The notes under the pieces: model-generated
What the model was told of the DNA's origin: nothing
What the model saw: the letters and a program-made list of their open reading frames with translations, nothing else
Databases searched by the model: none
Position numbers and translations under genes: made by a program
In this document: positions 17,675 through 27,660 of the stretch, piece by piece
Position numbering within the stretch: the first letter of the stretch is position 1
Layout of the letters: the number at the start of each line of letters is the position of its first letter
Assembly (NCBI GenBank): GCA_963783375.1
Contig: CAWANH010000028.1
Coordinates: forward strand, 1,280,001 to 1,344,000
DNA from: Candidatus Eiseniibacteriota bacterium
Lineage (GTDB): Bacteria; Eisenbacteria; RBG-16-71-46; JABDJR01
Direction: 5' to 3'
Length of the DNA: 64,000 bases

Positions 17675-19570
17675 ATGGACATACCCCGGCCCGCCCGTTT
17701 CGGGGGAATCTTCGCACTTGTACTCCTTGGCCTGGCCGCCTCCCAGGCGGCCGGCGCTCCCCACGCGGAGCTGCCGCGCGTGGTCCTTCACGGCGTTCCG
17801 TTCACCCTCAAGCTTTCCGATCCCGACCTCACCCCCGGCGACACTCTCAGGATTCGAGTGACGGCGGGAGAGACGGTCCGGAACGTCCTCGTTCCGGCGG
17901 GGGAGACGCTGGAACTCGATGACCTGGCCCTGGGCCGGGGGGAGAACCTGGCGCTGCGCTGGGACGGGGGGGAGTCGAGTCCCCCCGTGCATTCTCTACC
18001 CGGCTGGACCAGCCTGCTTCCCCCCTTGGTGGCGATTTTATTGGCCGTGCTCTTCCGCCAGGTGGTGCTGGCCCTTCTGGCCGGCGTCTGGTTGGGGGCC
18101 GTCCTGGTCTTCCAGGTGGATCCGTTTACCGGCCTCCTCCGCACCATGGATACCTACGTTTCGGGGTCGCTCCAGGATTCGGGACACGTGAGCATTCTCC
18201 TCTTCTCCTTCCTCCTGGGGGGCATGCTGGGGGTGATCCAGCGCGCGGGGGGAACCAAGGGGATCGTGAACACCGTCGCCCCTCTGGCGCGTACCCCGAG
18301 GAGCGGCCAGATCACGGCCTGGGTCCTGGGCATCCTCGTCTTCTTCGACGACTACGCGAACACCCTCCTGGTCGGTCCCACCATGCGTCCGATCACCGAC
18401 CGGCTCAAGATCTCCCGGGAAAAGCTGGCCTATATCGTGGATTCCACCGCGGCCCCGGTGGCCAGCATCGCGGTGGTCTCCACCTGGATCGGAGTGGAGG
18501 TGGGGCTCATCCACGACGCGTTCGTCCACTCCGGGATCGAGCGCGACGCCTTCGGCGCCTTCGTGGCCTCGTTGCCCTATCGGTTCTACCCCATCTTCGC
18601 CCTGTTCTTCGGGTTCCTGGTGGCGGCCACCGGCCGCGATTTCGGCCCCATGCTCCGGGCCGAGCGTCGGGCGCGGCGAACGGGGCGGGTCCTGCGCGAG
18701 GGGGCCATGCCCCTGGCCGATTTCGGCGGAGACGCCCTGGAGCCCCCCGCGGACAAGCCTCACCGGTGGTTGAACGCAGCGCTGCCCATCCTGGTGGTGG
18801 TGGTGAGCGTGCTCGTCTTCATCTACGTGGGGGGGCGGAAGGCGGCGATCGCGGATGGAAAAGTCCTGGATCTGAAGACGATCGTGGGAAGCGCGGACTC
18901 CTATTCGGCGCTCTTATGGGCCGCGTTTCTGGGGTCGTTCTCGGCCGTGGCGCTCGCGGTGGGCCAGCGCATCCTGAACGTACATGCCGCGATGGAGGCA
19001 TGGCTCCAGGGTGCGAAGTCGTTGTTTCTGGCCGCGGTGATCCTCACCCTGGCCTGGTCCATCGGCATGATCACCGCGGAAATGGGGACCGCCGGGTACC
19101 TGGTTCACGTTCTGAGCGACAGCCTGAAACCCCACTGGGTGCCGGTCCTGGTGTTCATCTTCTCCGGGATCACCTCCTTCGCCACCGGTTCCTCCTGGAG
19201 CACGATGGCCATTCTTATTCCGCTGGTCATTCCCCTGGCCCACCGACTGGCCCCGGGGAACGATCTCATCCTGGCCGGGACCATCTCCAGCGTCCTGGCC
19301 GGCTCGGTGTGGGGGGATCACTGTTCACCCATTTCCGACACCACCGTGCTCTCCAGTATGGCCTCGTCCTCGGACCACATGGATCACGTCACCACCCAGC
19401 TACCCTATGCGGTCGTGGTGGCGCTGGTGGGTATGGCGGTGGGGGACATACCGACCGCGTTCGGCCTGCCCTTCTGGGTATCGTGGATTCTGGGAGCGGC
19501 GGCCCTGGGGGGCATCCTCTACGTCTTCGGAAGGAAGGACCAAAACGCGGGGGTGGAGGTGTCCGAGTGA
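17675..19570 (+). CDS. Na+/H+ antiporter NhaC-family transporter
   Basis: FFDDYAN, SREKLAYIVDSTAAP, FATGSSW, GDHCSPISDTTVLSS, many TM helices. Confidence 0.9.
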   Translation: MDIPRPARFGGIFALVLLGLAASQAAGAPHAELPRVVLHGVPFTLKLSDPDLTPGDTLRIRVTAGETVRNVLVPAGETLELDDLALGRGENLALRWDGGESSPPVHSLPGWTSLLPPLVAILLAVLFRQVVLALLAGVWLGAVLVFQVDPFTGLLRTMDTYVSGSLQDSGHVSILLFSFLLGGMLGVIQRAGGTKGIVNTVAPLARTPRSGQITAWVLGILVFFDDYANTLLVGPTMRPITDRLKISREKLAYIVDSTAAPVASIAVVSTWIGVEVGLIHDAFVHSGIERDAFGAFVASLPYRFYPIFALFFGFLVAATGRDFGPMLRAERRARRTGRVLREGAMPLADFGGDALEPPADKPHRWLNAALPILVVVVSVLVFIYVGGRKAAIADGKVLDLKTIVGSADSYSALLWAAFLGSFSAVALAVGQRILNVHAAMEAWLQGAKSLFLAAVILTLAWSIGMITAEMGTAGYLVHVLSDSLKPHWVPVLVFIFSGITSFATGSSWSTMAILIPLVIPLAHRLAPGNDLILAGTISSVLAGSVWGDHCSPISDTTVLSSMASSSDHMDHVTTQLPYAVVVALVGMAVGDIPTAFGLPFWVSWILGAAALGGILYVFGRKDQNAGVEVSE

Positions 19571-19731
19571 ACCGGCGGAAGGGAATCGCGATGAGGAACG
19601 GGAAGGCGCCCACGACGCACGCGCGCTTCCGCCCCCAAGGCGAAAGCGCCCGGCGGCCCCCGTCGGGGGGGCCGCGCCATGGCCGCGTTCGTGTCCGCCG
19701 GCGTGGGGCCGGCTTCGAGGACGCTACGGAG

Positions 19732-20184
19732 CTACGGACTGATCGGGGAACCCTTCTGGAGGCTGCCGTTGGCGCCCGCCTTGATCTTGTCGGCGGAGTC
19801 CGCCATCGGCGCCCCCGACACGGAGGCACCCGAGGTCTGGTTCTTCACTTCGCAGCGCAGGAGGACCCCATCCGGATCGAAGTAGAGGTTGGTGATCGTT
19901 CCCCCGACGAAGTAGTTTCCGTAGATCCAGTGCTTGGCGGCTTCTTCCTCGTTCACTTCCTCCACCCGGACCGGCTTTCCCCACGCGACCTGGACCATGT
20001 CCTCGGACATACCGACCATGATCTGGCCGTTCAGGATGGCCTCGGCCATCTGTTCGCTGAGCATGGGGTGCTGGTCGACGTAGAGGCTACGCTCCATGGC
20101 GGCGCGGTTGGTGCTGGCACATCCTGCCAGCAGGATGCCCCCGGCAACGCCGGCGACGAGGATGAATCCGAGGTATCGACGCAT
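19732..20184 (-). CDS. Small lipoprotein, SmpA/BamE-like fold
   Basis: Lipobox LLAGC. VGMSEDMVQVAWGKP ... WIYG ... LYFD pattern. GGGAGG RBS. Confidence 0.75.
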   Translation of the reverse strand: MRRYLGFILVAGVAGGILLAGCASTNRAAMERSLYVDQHPMLSEQMAEAILNGQIMVGMSEDMVQVAWGKPVRVEEVNEEEAAKHWIYGNYFVGGTITNLYFDPDGVLLRCEVKNQTSGASVSGAPMADSADKIKAGANGSLQKGSPISP

Positions 20185-20449
20185 CGTCAACCCTCCCGGG
20201 GGTCGCGCCACCGGCGAGGCAGCTGTGACACGACTCCGGTTGTTCCCCCCTGGGTACAGGGGCTGGACCTCGCCAGATCGGACCTCGAACGCACCGGGAC
20301 GGTGAGGCGCCTTGGCCCGTCACCCGAGAGTGTATGCACATCCCGGACCGTTCCACGGCCCGACGATTTCAAGCTACTCCTGGAGCGGAGGGGAGACAAC
20401 GAAAATAACGACATAGCCACCCTCGTCCCCTATATCGCAGGTTTGCGAA

Positions 20450-22189
20450 ATGCTTACAAACGCGCGTAACCGGGTGAATTCCCCCATCTTGTGGGGGATA
20501 TGCCTCGCCCTGCTGCTGGCCCTGTTGGGCTGGTCGCTCCTTGTGGATCCCGGCGCCGACCCGCCCTCCGGCGCCTCCGCCCTGGAGGGCCAGCTTCTCA
20601 TCGGGGCTCGCGCCATGCTTCCGGGTCAGGACATCCCTCTGGGAGACTGGGCGCCGGAGGTCCTCATACCGATCCAGCTTCGGACCGATGCGCTGGCGTT
20701 TCGGCTGTTCGGGGTGAGCCTGATCGCCGCCCGCGTGGTCAACGCGGTAGCGGCGCTGTTGGCCGTGCTCCTGTTCTTCTTCCTCGTGCGGATGAGCTCC
20801 GGCCCGGGTATCGCGCTACTGGCCGCTCTCTTCCTGGCCGTGAACCCGATGTTCTTCGAGGTATCGCGAACGGCGCTCCCCGCGGTCTTCGACATCCTGC
20901 TCATGCTCGTTGCCATCCGGGTCTGGATCGCCGGCCGGAGGAGCGGCCTCGCCGCGTTCCTGTCCGGGGCCCTGGTGGTGACGGCGGGCCTCCTGGAGGA
21001 CGGGCCCTCCACCGCATTCTTCCTGCTTACGGGGCTCATCATGGCGCTCTTCCTGACCTTGCACGCCTGGAAGATGCCCTGGAGGGAAAGAACGCACTAT
21101 CGCCTGCGGTTCTTCTGGATGGGAGTGGGGTTCATGCTGATCATCTTCGTGCTGCGGGTGGTCACCCACTGGGCCCAGGTGGGAGCGATCTGGAGACACA
21201 TGAACCCGGCATCCATCCAGATTCTCGCGGCCAACGTGGTCCTGACCCCCGTCCACGCCGCATCCATGGTCCGGCACATGCCGCTCCTGTCGGCGGTGGC
21301 CGTGGGATACTTTCTGTTCTTCGCCAAGAGCGGCGTGCGGCCCCTGGCCCGGCACCGCCGGCTCGATGAAGTGAGACTCTGGTTCCTGGCCTGGATCCTC
21401 GCCGCGGTTCCCTTCATGCTCTTCGGTGGACGCTTGGACCTGTACCGGCTGGCCCTGTTGGTGCCGCCGACCTGCCTGCTCGGGGCCGAGGGGATCGCGC
21501 GGCTCTTCGCCCTACGCCGGATCGAGCGCCCCCGGATCGACGTGATGATCGTCATGGTGATGATCGCCCTCTTCACGTGGTTTCTCTCCGCCTGGCTCGT
21601 CCACCTCCTCCTTCCCCGGGTCGAGCTCACCGGCTACTGGAACCGGCATCAGATCCGAACCTCGGTGATCACGATGTTGGCGGGCTGGCTCGTCCTCACC
21701 TATTTCCTCGGCTGGGCGTATCTCAAATGGAAGCGTTTCACCCTCCCCCTCCGCCCCCTCCCGATCACCGGGCTCGCCGCTCTGCTCCTGGGCGGGATCA
21801 TCCTGCTCGGGGTTTCGGCATCGGTGTCCACGTGGAGCCGCCGAACCCACGAGGTGGAGAAGGCCTCCTCCCTGGTTGCGGGGCTCGGCCCGCGGAGCCT
21901 CGTGGTTGGATCCTGGGCCCCGCTCCTCACCCTCGGCCACCCGGCTCGGGCCGCGATCATCTGGGACGGGGTAAACGACGAACCCGCCTCCTGGCACCGG
22001 GAGGTCGACTACCTGCTCCTCCAGGACAACCGGGAACGCGATCCCGGCGAGGCCCCGATGCGGCTCTTCCTAACGGGGGAGGGACGGCCCCGGGTGAAAC
22101 CGGCCGGAGGGAGCGCGGTCATCGGGGGGGGCACGATCCAGCTGTTCCGCGTCGAGAGAAACCAGCCCGGGCCGGCTCAGGGCCGGTAG
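20450..22189 (+). CDS. Polytopic membrane glycosyltransferase (GT-C, ArnT/PMT-like)
   Basis: FRLFGVSLIAARVVN and ALLAALFLAVNPMF pattern, more than 10 TM helices, periplasmic C-terminal tail. Confidence 0.7.
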   Translation: MLTNARNRVNSPILWGICLALLLALLGWSLLVDPGADPPSGASALEGQLLIGARAMLPGQDIPLGDWAPEVLIPIQLRTDALAFRLFGVSLIAARVVNAVAALLAVLLFFFLVRMSSGPGIALLAALFLAVNPMFFEVSRTALPAVFDILLMLVAIRVWIAGRRSGLAAFLSGALVVTAGLLEDGPSTAFFLLTGLIMALFLTLHAWKMPWRERTHYRLRFFWMGVGFMLIIFVLRVVTHWAQVGAIWRHMNPASIQILAANVVLTPVHAASMVRHMPLLSAVAVGYFLFFAKSGVRPLARHRRLDEVRLWFLAWILAAVPFMLFGGRLDLYRLALLVPPTCLLGAEGIARLFALRRIERPRIDVMIVMVMIALFTWFLSAWLVHLLLPRVELTGYWNRHQIRTSVITMLAGWLVLTYFLGWAYLKWKRFTLPLRPLPITGLAALLLGGIILLGVSASVSTWSRRTHEVEKASSLVAGLGPRSLVVGSWAPLLTLGHPARAAIIWDGVNDEPASWHREVDYLLLQDNRERDPGEAPMRLFLTGEGRPRVKPAGGSAVIGGGTIQLFRVERNQPGPAQGR

Positions 22190-22256
22190 CCACCCGGGCC
22201 ACGGGGAAGATTCCGACCGGGCCCGAATTTCCGGCGGGCTGCTATACTCGCCGGTC

Positions 22257-22688
22257 ATGTTGGGAAGGCGTTTGACCACCGATGCCGAGCTTCGGGACCT
22301 TCTATCCCGGGTGCGGACGGTGGCGGTGGTCGGGCTCTCACCAAAGCCCCACCGGGACAGCTATCGGATCGCCGAGTACCTCCAACGAGCCGGGTACCGG
22401 GTCGTCCCCGTGCATCCCGCGGGGGGAACGATCCTGGGGGAAACCGTCTACCCCTCGCTGGAGGCGGTTCCGGCCGAGCGGGAGGTGGATCTGATCGACG
22501 TGTTTAGGCGACCGGAGGCCCTTCCCGGGCTGGTGGTCGAGGTGAAAGCATGCCGGGCGGGGACGCCGATATGGCTCCAGCTGGGCGTGGTGAACGCGTC
22601 CGCCGAGGCGGGGGCGCTGGCCGCCGGCTCCGACGTGGTGGCCGACCGCTGCATCCTGGTGGAACACCGCCGGCTCATCCCGGGGTGA
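22257..22688 (+). CDS. CoA-binding protein (YccU family)
   Basis: TVAVVGLSPKPHRDSY, YRVVPVHP, VDLIDVFRR, IWLQLG, VVADRCILVEH. Confidence 0.9.
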   Translation: MLGRRLTTDAELRDLLSRVRTVAVVGLSPKPHRDSYRIAEYLQRAGYRVVPVHPAGGTILGETVYPSLEAVPAEREVDLIDVFRRPEALPGLVVEVKACRAGTPIWLQLGVVNASAEAGALAAGSDVVADRCILVEHRRLIPG

Positions 22689-22737
22689 GTGGGCCGGCCC
22701 GGCGGGAGGGAGCGGACGCGGCGCGGGTCGGGAGGGA

Positions 22738-22761
22738 GAGGAAGAGGAAGAGGAAGAGGAA
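22738..22761 (+). repeat. (GAGGAA)4 simple tandem repeat just before a start codon
   Basis: Four perfect hexamers ending 1 bp before ATG 22763. Confidence 0.85.
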
Positions 22762-22762
22762 G

Positions 22763-24262
22763 ATGGGGTTGATGAAACGATCGGGACGGGACGACAAGGA
22801 ACGGGCACGAGACGCCGGGGCCTCGAACGGGAGACGGGGGGAGAGGCGCTTCCCGGGCGGATTCCGATGGATCGCCGGCCTCTGCGCGTCGGGGATCGGT
22901 CTCCTGGCGTGGGCGGGGCCGGTCCTGGCTTCCGAGGCCGGGGGCGAGGGCCCCATCCACGTTCCCCCGATCTGGATGATGGGGTTCTTCGGGGCCATGC
23001 TCCTGGCCATCGCGGTTCTTCCTCTCACCCCGCTCAATCACTGGTGGGAGAAGAACCGGAACCGGCTCCTCGTCTCGGTGGTTCTGGGAGCCTACCCGGC
23101 CATCTACTACGTGCAGCACGATTTCCCGGAGCTGAGCCACGTGATGCTCCACGAGTACGTGCCGTTCATCGTGCTCTTGGGAAGCCTGTTCATGATTGCG
23201 GGAGGAATACGGCTCACCGGAGATCTGCAGGCGTCTCCCGGGGTCAACACCAGCTTCATCGCCATCGGCACCCTGTTGGCCTCGTGCATCGGGACCACCG
23301 GGGCCAGCATGCTCCTCATCCGGCCGCTCCTCCAGACCAACCGGGAGCGGACCTACCGGGTCCACACCGTCATCTTCTTCATCTTCCTGGTTTCGAACAT
23401 CGGGGGGTCGCTCCTTCCCATCGGGGACCCGCCGCTCTTCCTGGGCTACCTGGCCGGCGTCCCGTTCTTCTGGACCCTGAACCTCTGGACGGTATGGCTT
23501 CCGACCTCCCTGGTGGTTCTCCTTCTCTACTACCTCCTTGACCGGGTGTACTACGCGAAGGAGCTGCCCGCGGTGCGGGAGTGGGACCGTCAGGCCATCG
23601 AGCCCCTGCGGCTCCGCGGCGGACTCAACTTCCTGTGGCTTCTGGGGATCGTGGCCGCGGTGATCACCATGCACGCCCACTCGCCGGTCGCCCTCCTCCG
23701 GATCCCGTACGCCCGGGAGGCCACCATGGTGCTCATGGTGGTTCTGGCCTTCGCCACCTCGCCCCGGCAGAACTGGAAGGACAACTACTTCACCATGGGG
23801 CCGATCGTCGAGGTCGCGGTGCTCTTCCTGGGGATCTTCATCACCATGACGCCCACCCTGGCCATCCTGAAGGCCAACGGGGCACAGCTGGGGGTCGATT
23901 CCCCGGCCAAGTTCTTCTGGAGCACCGGTGCGCTTTCGAGCTTCCTCGACAACACGCCCACCTACATGGTGTTCTTCAAGGCCGCCTCGGGGGCGGTGGC
24001 CGAGGGGGCCATTCACGCCGGGACCCTGATCGGACACGGGATCGACAAGGTACCTCACCGCATGCTCATGGCCATCTCCGCGGGAGCGGTGTTCATGGGG
24101 GCCAACACCTACATCGGGAACGGTCCCAACTTCATGGTGAAAGCCATCGCCGAGGAATCCGGAATCAAGATGCCGTCGTTCTTCGGCTATATGCGCTGGT
24201 CGCTGGCCATCCTGATGCCCATCTTCATCTTGGTGAGCCTGATCTTCTTCCGGGGAGCGTGA
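22763..24262 (+). CDS. Putative sodium:proton antiporter / citrate-transporter-like protein (IT superfamily; start uncertain)
   Basis: IGTTGASMLLIRPLL, FFIFLVSNIGGSLLPIGDPPLFLGY, LSSFLDNTPTY, GANTYIGNGPNFMVKAIAE, MPSFFGY. Confidence 0.88.
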   Translation: MGLMKRSGRDDKERARDAGASNGRRGERRFPGGFRWIAGLCASGIGLLAWAGPVLASEAGGEGPIHVPPIWMMGFFGAMLLAIAVLPLTPLNHWWEKNRNRLLVSVVLGAYPAIYYVQHDFPELSHVMLHEYVPFIVLLGSLFMIAGGIRLTGDLQASPGVNTSFIAIGTLLASCIGTTGASMLLIRPLLQTNRERTYRVHTVIFFIFLVSNIGGSLLPIGDPPLFLGYLAGVPFFWTLNLWTVWLPTSLVVLLLYYLLDRVYYAKELPAVREWDRQAIEPLRLRGGLNFLWLLGIVAAVITMHAHSPVALLRIPYAREATMVLMVVLAFATSPRQNWKDNYFTMGPIVEVAVLFLGIFITMTPTLAILKANGAQLGVDSPAKFFWSTGALSSFLDNTPTYMVFFKAASGAVAEGAIHAGTLIGHGIDKVPHRMLMAISAGAVFMGANTYIGNGPNFMVKAIAEESGIKMPSFFGYMRWSLAILMPIFILVSLIFFRGA

Positions 24263-24533
24263 TTTCACCCAACGCCGGCTGCTCTAGCCGGACCTTCGCG
24301 AACCGGGGGCTCCGTGGGGACCGCCGGGCACCCTCCCCCAGGTTCCGTCCGGCCGGGCGAATGTGATATTATTAGCCGTCACTTTCACATCGAAACCCAA
24401 GCGCAGACACCGGGCCGCACGAGCCGTGGGAGCTTCCACGTAACCACCGCTTCTTTCCGGCGTCTATCACCCCACGGACCCTCGTCGGCCGAATCGTGAC
24501 CGCACCGACGCCCTCACCGATAGGAGCAGCTTC

Positions 24534-27398
24534 ATGCGCAGGCGCTTATTCCCCCTCGTCCTCGTGATGACCTTCACCGCGATCACGGCGGTCTCCGCGT
24601 TCGCGGGACCCGAGAAGGTCGGGCCCCTCCTCCGGAAATACGTCGATACGAACCTCCAGGTGGCGGTCGACCCCATCCGGCACCAGACCGCGGAGGGGGT
24701 GATGAGCGCCGCCGACGCGGGCCTCGGCGTGCGTTGCCTCATCCAGGGAGACGTGACCCGGCAGGAACTCGAGGCCCTGGGGGTCACCGTGACCTCCCAG
24801 GCCGGTCCGGTGTTCAGCACCTACGTCCCGACCTCGGCCATCCTTCCCGTCTCGGACTTGCCGGGGATGGTGCGGATCCAGGCGGCGCGGATGCTCAAGC
24901 CCAACCTGAACGCCGCCACCTCGGAGACCAACATCGTCCCCGAGGTCCACGGCCAGTCCGGACCCGCCTACGGCGGAAACACCGGGAGCAACGTCATCGT
25001 CGGCATCGTGGATTCCGGGTTCGACTACAAGCACGAGGACTTCAAGCTGAGCGGGGGCACCAGCCGCTTCGACCGCATCTGGGACCAGACCAACTCCTCC
25101 GGCCCCGCCCCCGGCGGTTCGTTCACCTACGGCACCCAGTATCTCCAGGCGGCGCTCACCGCCGGGACCCCGGTCATCACCAATCCCGGCGGCCACGGGA
25201 CCCACGTGACCGGGATCGCCGCGGGGAACGGCCGGGGCACCGGAAACGGCCAGGCCGCCTACCGCTACACCGGGGTGGCCCCCGACGCCACCCTGATCGG
25301 GGTGAAGACCGATTTCTCCGACGCGGGGATCGTCGACGGCGTGAACTACGTCTTTCAACGGGCCGCGGCCCTGGGCAAGAACGCGGTGGTGAACCTGAGC
25401 CTGGGCGGTCAGTTCGGGCCTCACGACGGCACCGATCCCCTCGACGTGGGCATCTCCGCGCTGACCGGCGCGGGCAAGATCGTGGTCGCCTCGGCCGGGA
25501 ACGAACGGGGCGCGGCCATCCACGCCCGCGGCCAGCTTCCGGCCGGCGGATCCCCCAGCGTTCTCAACATGACCTACTCGGTGGGGAGCTACTCCGCCAA
25601 CCCCGGCACCCAGAATGACATCGTGCTCTTCGACGGCTACTACGAGAGCACCGACAACTACACGGTCACCGTGATCAGCCCCAACGGAATCGTCACCGGC
25701 CCGATCACCCGCGGGAACAACACCGGGGTGGACACCAACGACGGCGCGGTCCAGATCGAGAACGGTCTCTACACCAACACCACCGGGGACTACGAAGTCT
25801 TCGTGGCCCTGTTCGACTACACGGTGGCCCACAAGCCCGCCGCCGGCACCTGGACCATCCGCTACACCCGGACCACGTCCACCAACTCCAACATCGATCT
25901 CTGGAACTACGTGAACTCCAGCAACATCCCGGGCAACTTCACGTCCAACGTCACGGACGACGTGACGATCGGGAGCCCGGGCAGCGGCCTGGACGTGATC
26001 ACCGTGGCCGCCTACGCCACCAAGACCGGCTGGACCTCGATCGACGGGAACAACTACACCTACGTCTCGCCGCCGGCGTACGGCGACCTCGCCGGCTTCT
26101 CCAGCCGGGGGCCGCTCCGGGACGGAACCCAGAAGCCGGACATCTCCGGGCCCGGGTTCGGCGTCATGTCTACCCTGGCCACCGACGCGAACACCGCGGG
26201 GAACCAGCCCTATATCGATCCCGACGGTAAGCACTGGATCCAGGCCGGTACCAGCATGTCCTCGCCGATGGTGACGGGACTCTGCGCCCTCATCCTGAAC
26301 AAGGACGGCGCGCTCACCCCGGCTCAGATGAAGACCAAGCTCTACAACAGCGCCCGGACGGACGCCTACACCGGAGCGGTGCCGAACGCCGATTGGGGGT
26401 ACGGGAAGATGAACGGCCTTCCCGCCGACATGACCAATCCGACCGTCACCGTCACCGCCCCCAACGGGGGAGAGACCCTGGCCGCGGGCTCGAGCGCCAA
26501 CATCACCTGGAGCGCCAGCGACAACTTCGGGGTGGACCACGTCGATCTCTACTACTCGACCGACGGAGGATCCACCTTCCCGAACATGATCGCTTCGGGC
26601 GAAGCCAACGACGGGACCTACTCCTGGAGCGTGCCCTCGGTTTCCACCTCCACCGCGCGGGTGAAGGTGGTGGCCTCGGATGCGGGGTCGAACACCGGCG
26701 AGGATCAGAGCAACGCCAACTTCACCATCCAGGTGCCAGACACCACCCCGCCCAGCGTGGCGGTGACCGCGCCCAACGGCTCGGAGTCCCTGGTCGAGGG
26801 TTCGTCCGCCAACATCACCTGGAGCGCCAGCGACACCGGTTCCAAACCCTCCGGGGTGACCGGGGTGGCGGCCATCGCCGGAGTGGACTCCGTCACCATC
26901 TCCTACTCGAACAACAACGGGGGGAGCTGGATTCCGGTCGCCTCGGGCGAGCCCAACGACGGGACCTACTCCTGGACCGTCCCCAACGACCCGACCACTC
27001 AGGCTCTGGTCCGGGTCCAGGCCTACGATCCCAGTCTGAACGTGGGGAGCGACGTGAGCGACGCGGTGTTCACGATCTCCACCTCCACCGCGGTGCCGGG
27101 AGGTGCGATCCCGACCGTGCTCAACCTGGCTCAGAACCGCCCGAACCCGATCACCGGCGCCACCACCACCCGGATCTCCTTCGGGCTCACCAAGGAGGGT
27201 CCGGCGACCCTGCGCGTCTTCGACGCTTCGGGACGCGAAGTGGCGGTCCTGGCCCACGGGACCTATTCCGCCGGAACCCACGCGGTGGACTGGAACGGTC
27301 TCACCCGGGACGGGGGCCGGGCCTCGTCCGGCCTGTACTTCTACCGCCTGGAGACCCGGGAGGGCACCATCACCCGGAAGCTCATGGTGCTCAAGTAG
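24534..27398 (+). CDS. Secreted S8 subtilisin-like serine protease with two Ig-like repeats and a C-terminal FlgD-Ig/T9SS-like domain
   Basis: Catalytic triad motifs VGIVDSG, HGTHVTGIAAG, GTSMSSP. Repeats TVTAPNGGE / AVTAPNGSE..ANITWSASD. Tail LAQNRPNP...WNGLTRDG...SGLYFYRL. Confidence 0.93.
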   Translation: MRRRLFPLVLVMTFTAITAVSAFAGPEKVGPLLRKYVDTNLQVAVDPIRHQTAEGVMSAADAGLGVRCLIQGDVTRQELEALGVTVTSQAGPVFSTYVPTSAILPVSDLPGMVRIQAARMLKPNLNAATSETNIVPEVHGQSGPAYGGNTGSNVIVGIVDSGFDYKHEDFKLSGGTSRFDRIWDQTNSSGPAPGGSFTYGTQYLQAALTAGTPVITNPGGHGTHVTGIAAGNGRGTGNGQAAYRYTGVAPDATLIGVKTDFSDAGIVDGVNYVFQRAAALGKNAVVNLSLGGQFGPHDGTDPLDVGISALTGAGKIVVASAGNERGAAIHARGQLPAGGSPSVLNMTYSVGSYSANPGTQNDIVLFDGYYESTDNYTVTVISPNGIVTGPITRGNNTGVDTNDGAVQIENGLYTNTTGDYEVFVALFDYTVAHKPAAGTWTIRYTRTTSTNSNIDLWNYVNSSNIPGNFTSNVTDDVTIGSPGSGLDVITVAAYATKTGWTSIDGNNYTYVSPPAYGDLAGFSSRGPLRDGTQKPDISGPGFGVMSTLATDANTAGNQPYIDPDGKHWIQAGTSMSSPMVTGLCALILNKDGALTPAQMKTKLYNSARTDAYTGAVPNADWGYGKMNGLPADMTNPTVTVTAPNGGETLAAGSSANITWSASDNFGVDHVDLYYSTDGGSTFPNMIASGEANDGTYSWSVPSVSTSTARVKVVASDAGSNTGEDQSNANFTIQVPDTTPPSVAVTAPNGSESLVEGSSANITWSASDTGSKPSGVTGVAAIAGVDSVTISYSNNNGGSWIPVASGEPNDGTYSWTVPNDPTTQALVRVQAYDPSLNVGSDVSDAVFTISTSTAVPGGAIPTVLNLAQNRPNPITGATTTRISFGLTKEGPATLRVFDASGREVAVLAHGTYSAGTHAVDWNGLTRDGGRASSGLYFYRLETREGTITRKLMVLK

Positions 27399-27421
27399 AG
27401 GACAATTTTCGTCGAGGAACG

Positions 27422-27459
27422 ACGGCCGGGGCGGGTCTACCGCTCCGGCCGTTTCTTTT
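27422..27459 (+). terminator. Rho-independent terminator
   Basis: ACGGCCGGGGCGG / CCGCTCCGGCCGT stem followed by TTCTTTT. Confidence 0.75.
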
Positions 27460-27462
27460 GCC

Positions 27463-27491
27463 TTGAGCCCCTCCCTCGGGGTTGCCATGAT
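27463..27491 (+). promoter_or_regulatory. Possible sigma70 promoter for the metK operon
   Basis: TTGAGC, 17-bp spacer, CATGAT with an upstream TG. Confidence 0.4.
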
Positions 27492-27660
27492 CGAGGCACC
27501 CGCGCGCGGCCGGGAGGCCGAAGCGCGCCTCGGCTCCTTTCGGCCGCGATCCCACGCGGCCCGGTCGGCTTCGCCCGAACATGGGTTCCGGGCCGGGACG
27601 AAGCCGCACCTCCGCCTTCGACGGCGGGGATCCACGGCCCGGAGACGGAGGGGACGACGG

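Noticed and set aside
24546-27635. Long antisense ORFs (1029 aa here; also 44432-47800, 7816-10137, 22448-24268 and others)
   Set aside because: They are shadow frames of real GC-rich genes on the opposite strand and carry no motifs of their own.
27103-27660. Long N-terminal extensions given by the ORF track for metK, the gamma-lyase, dinB and others
   Set aside because: They overlap upstream genes or terminators. Family homology and RBS positions support the later starts used here.
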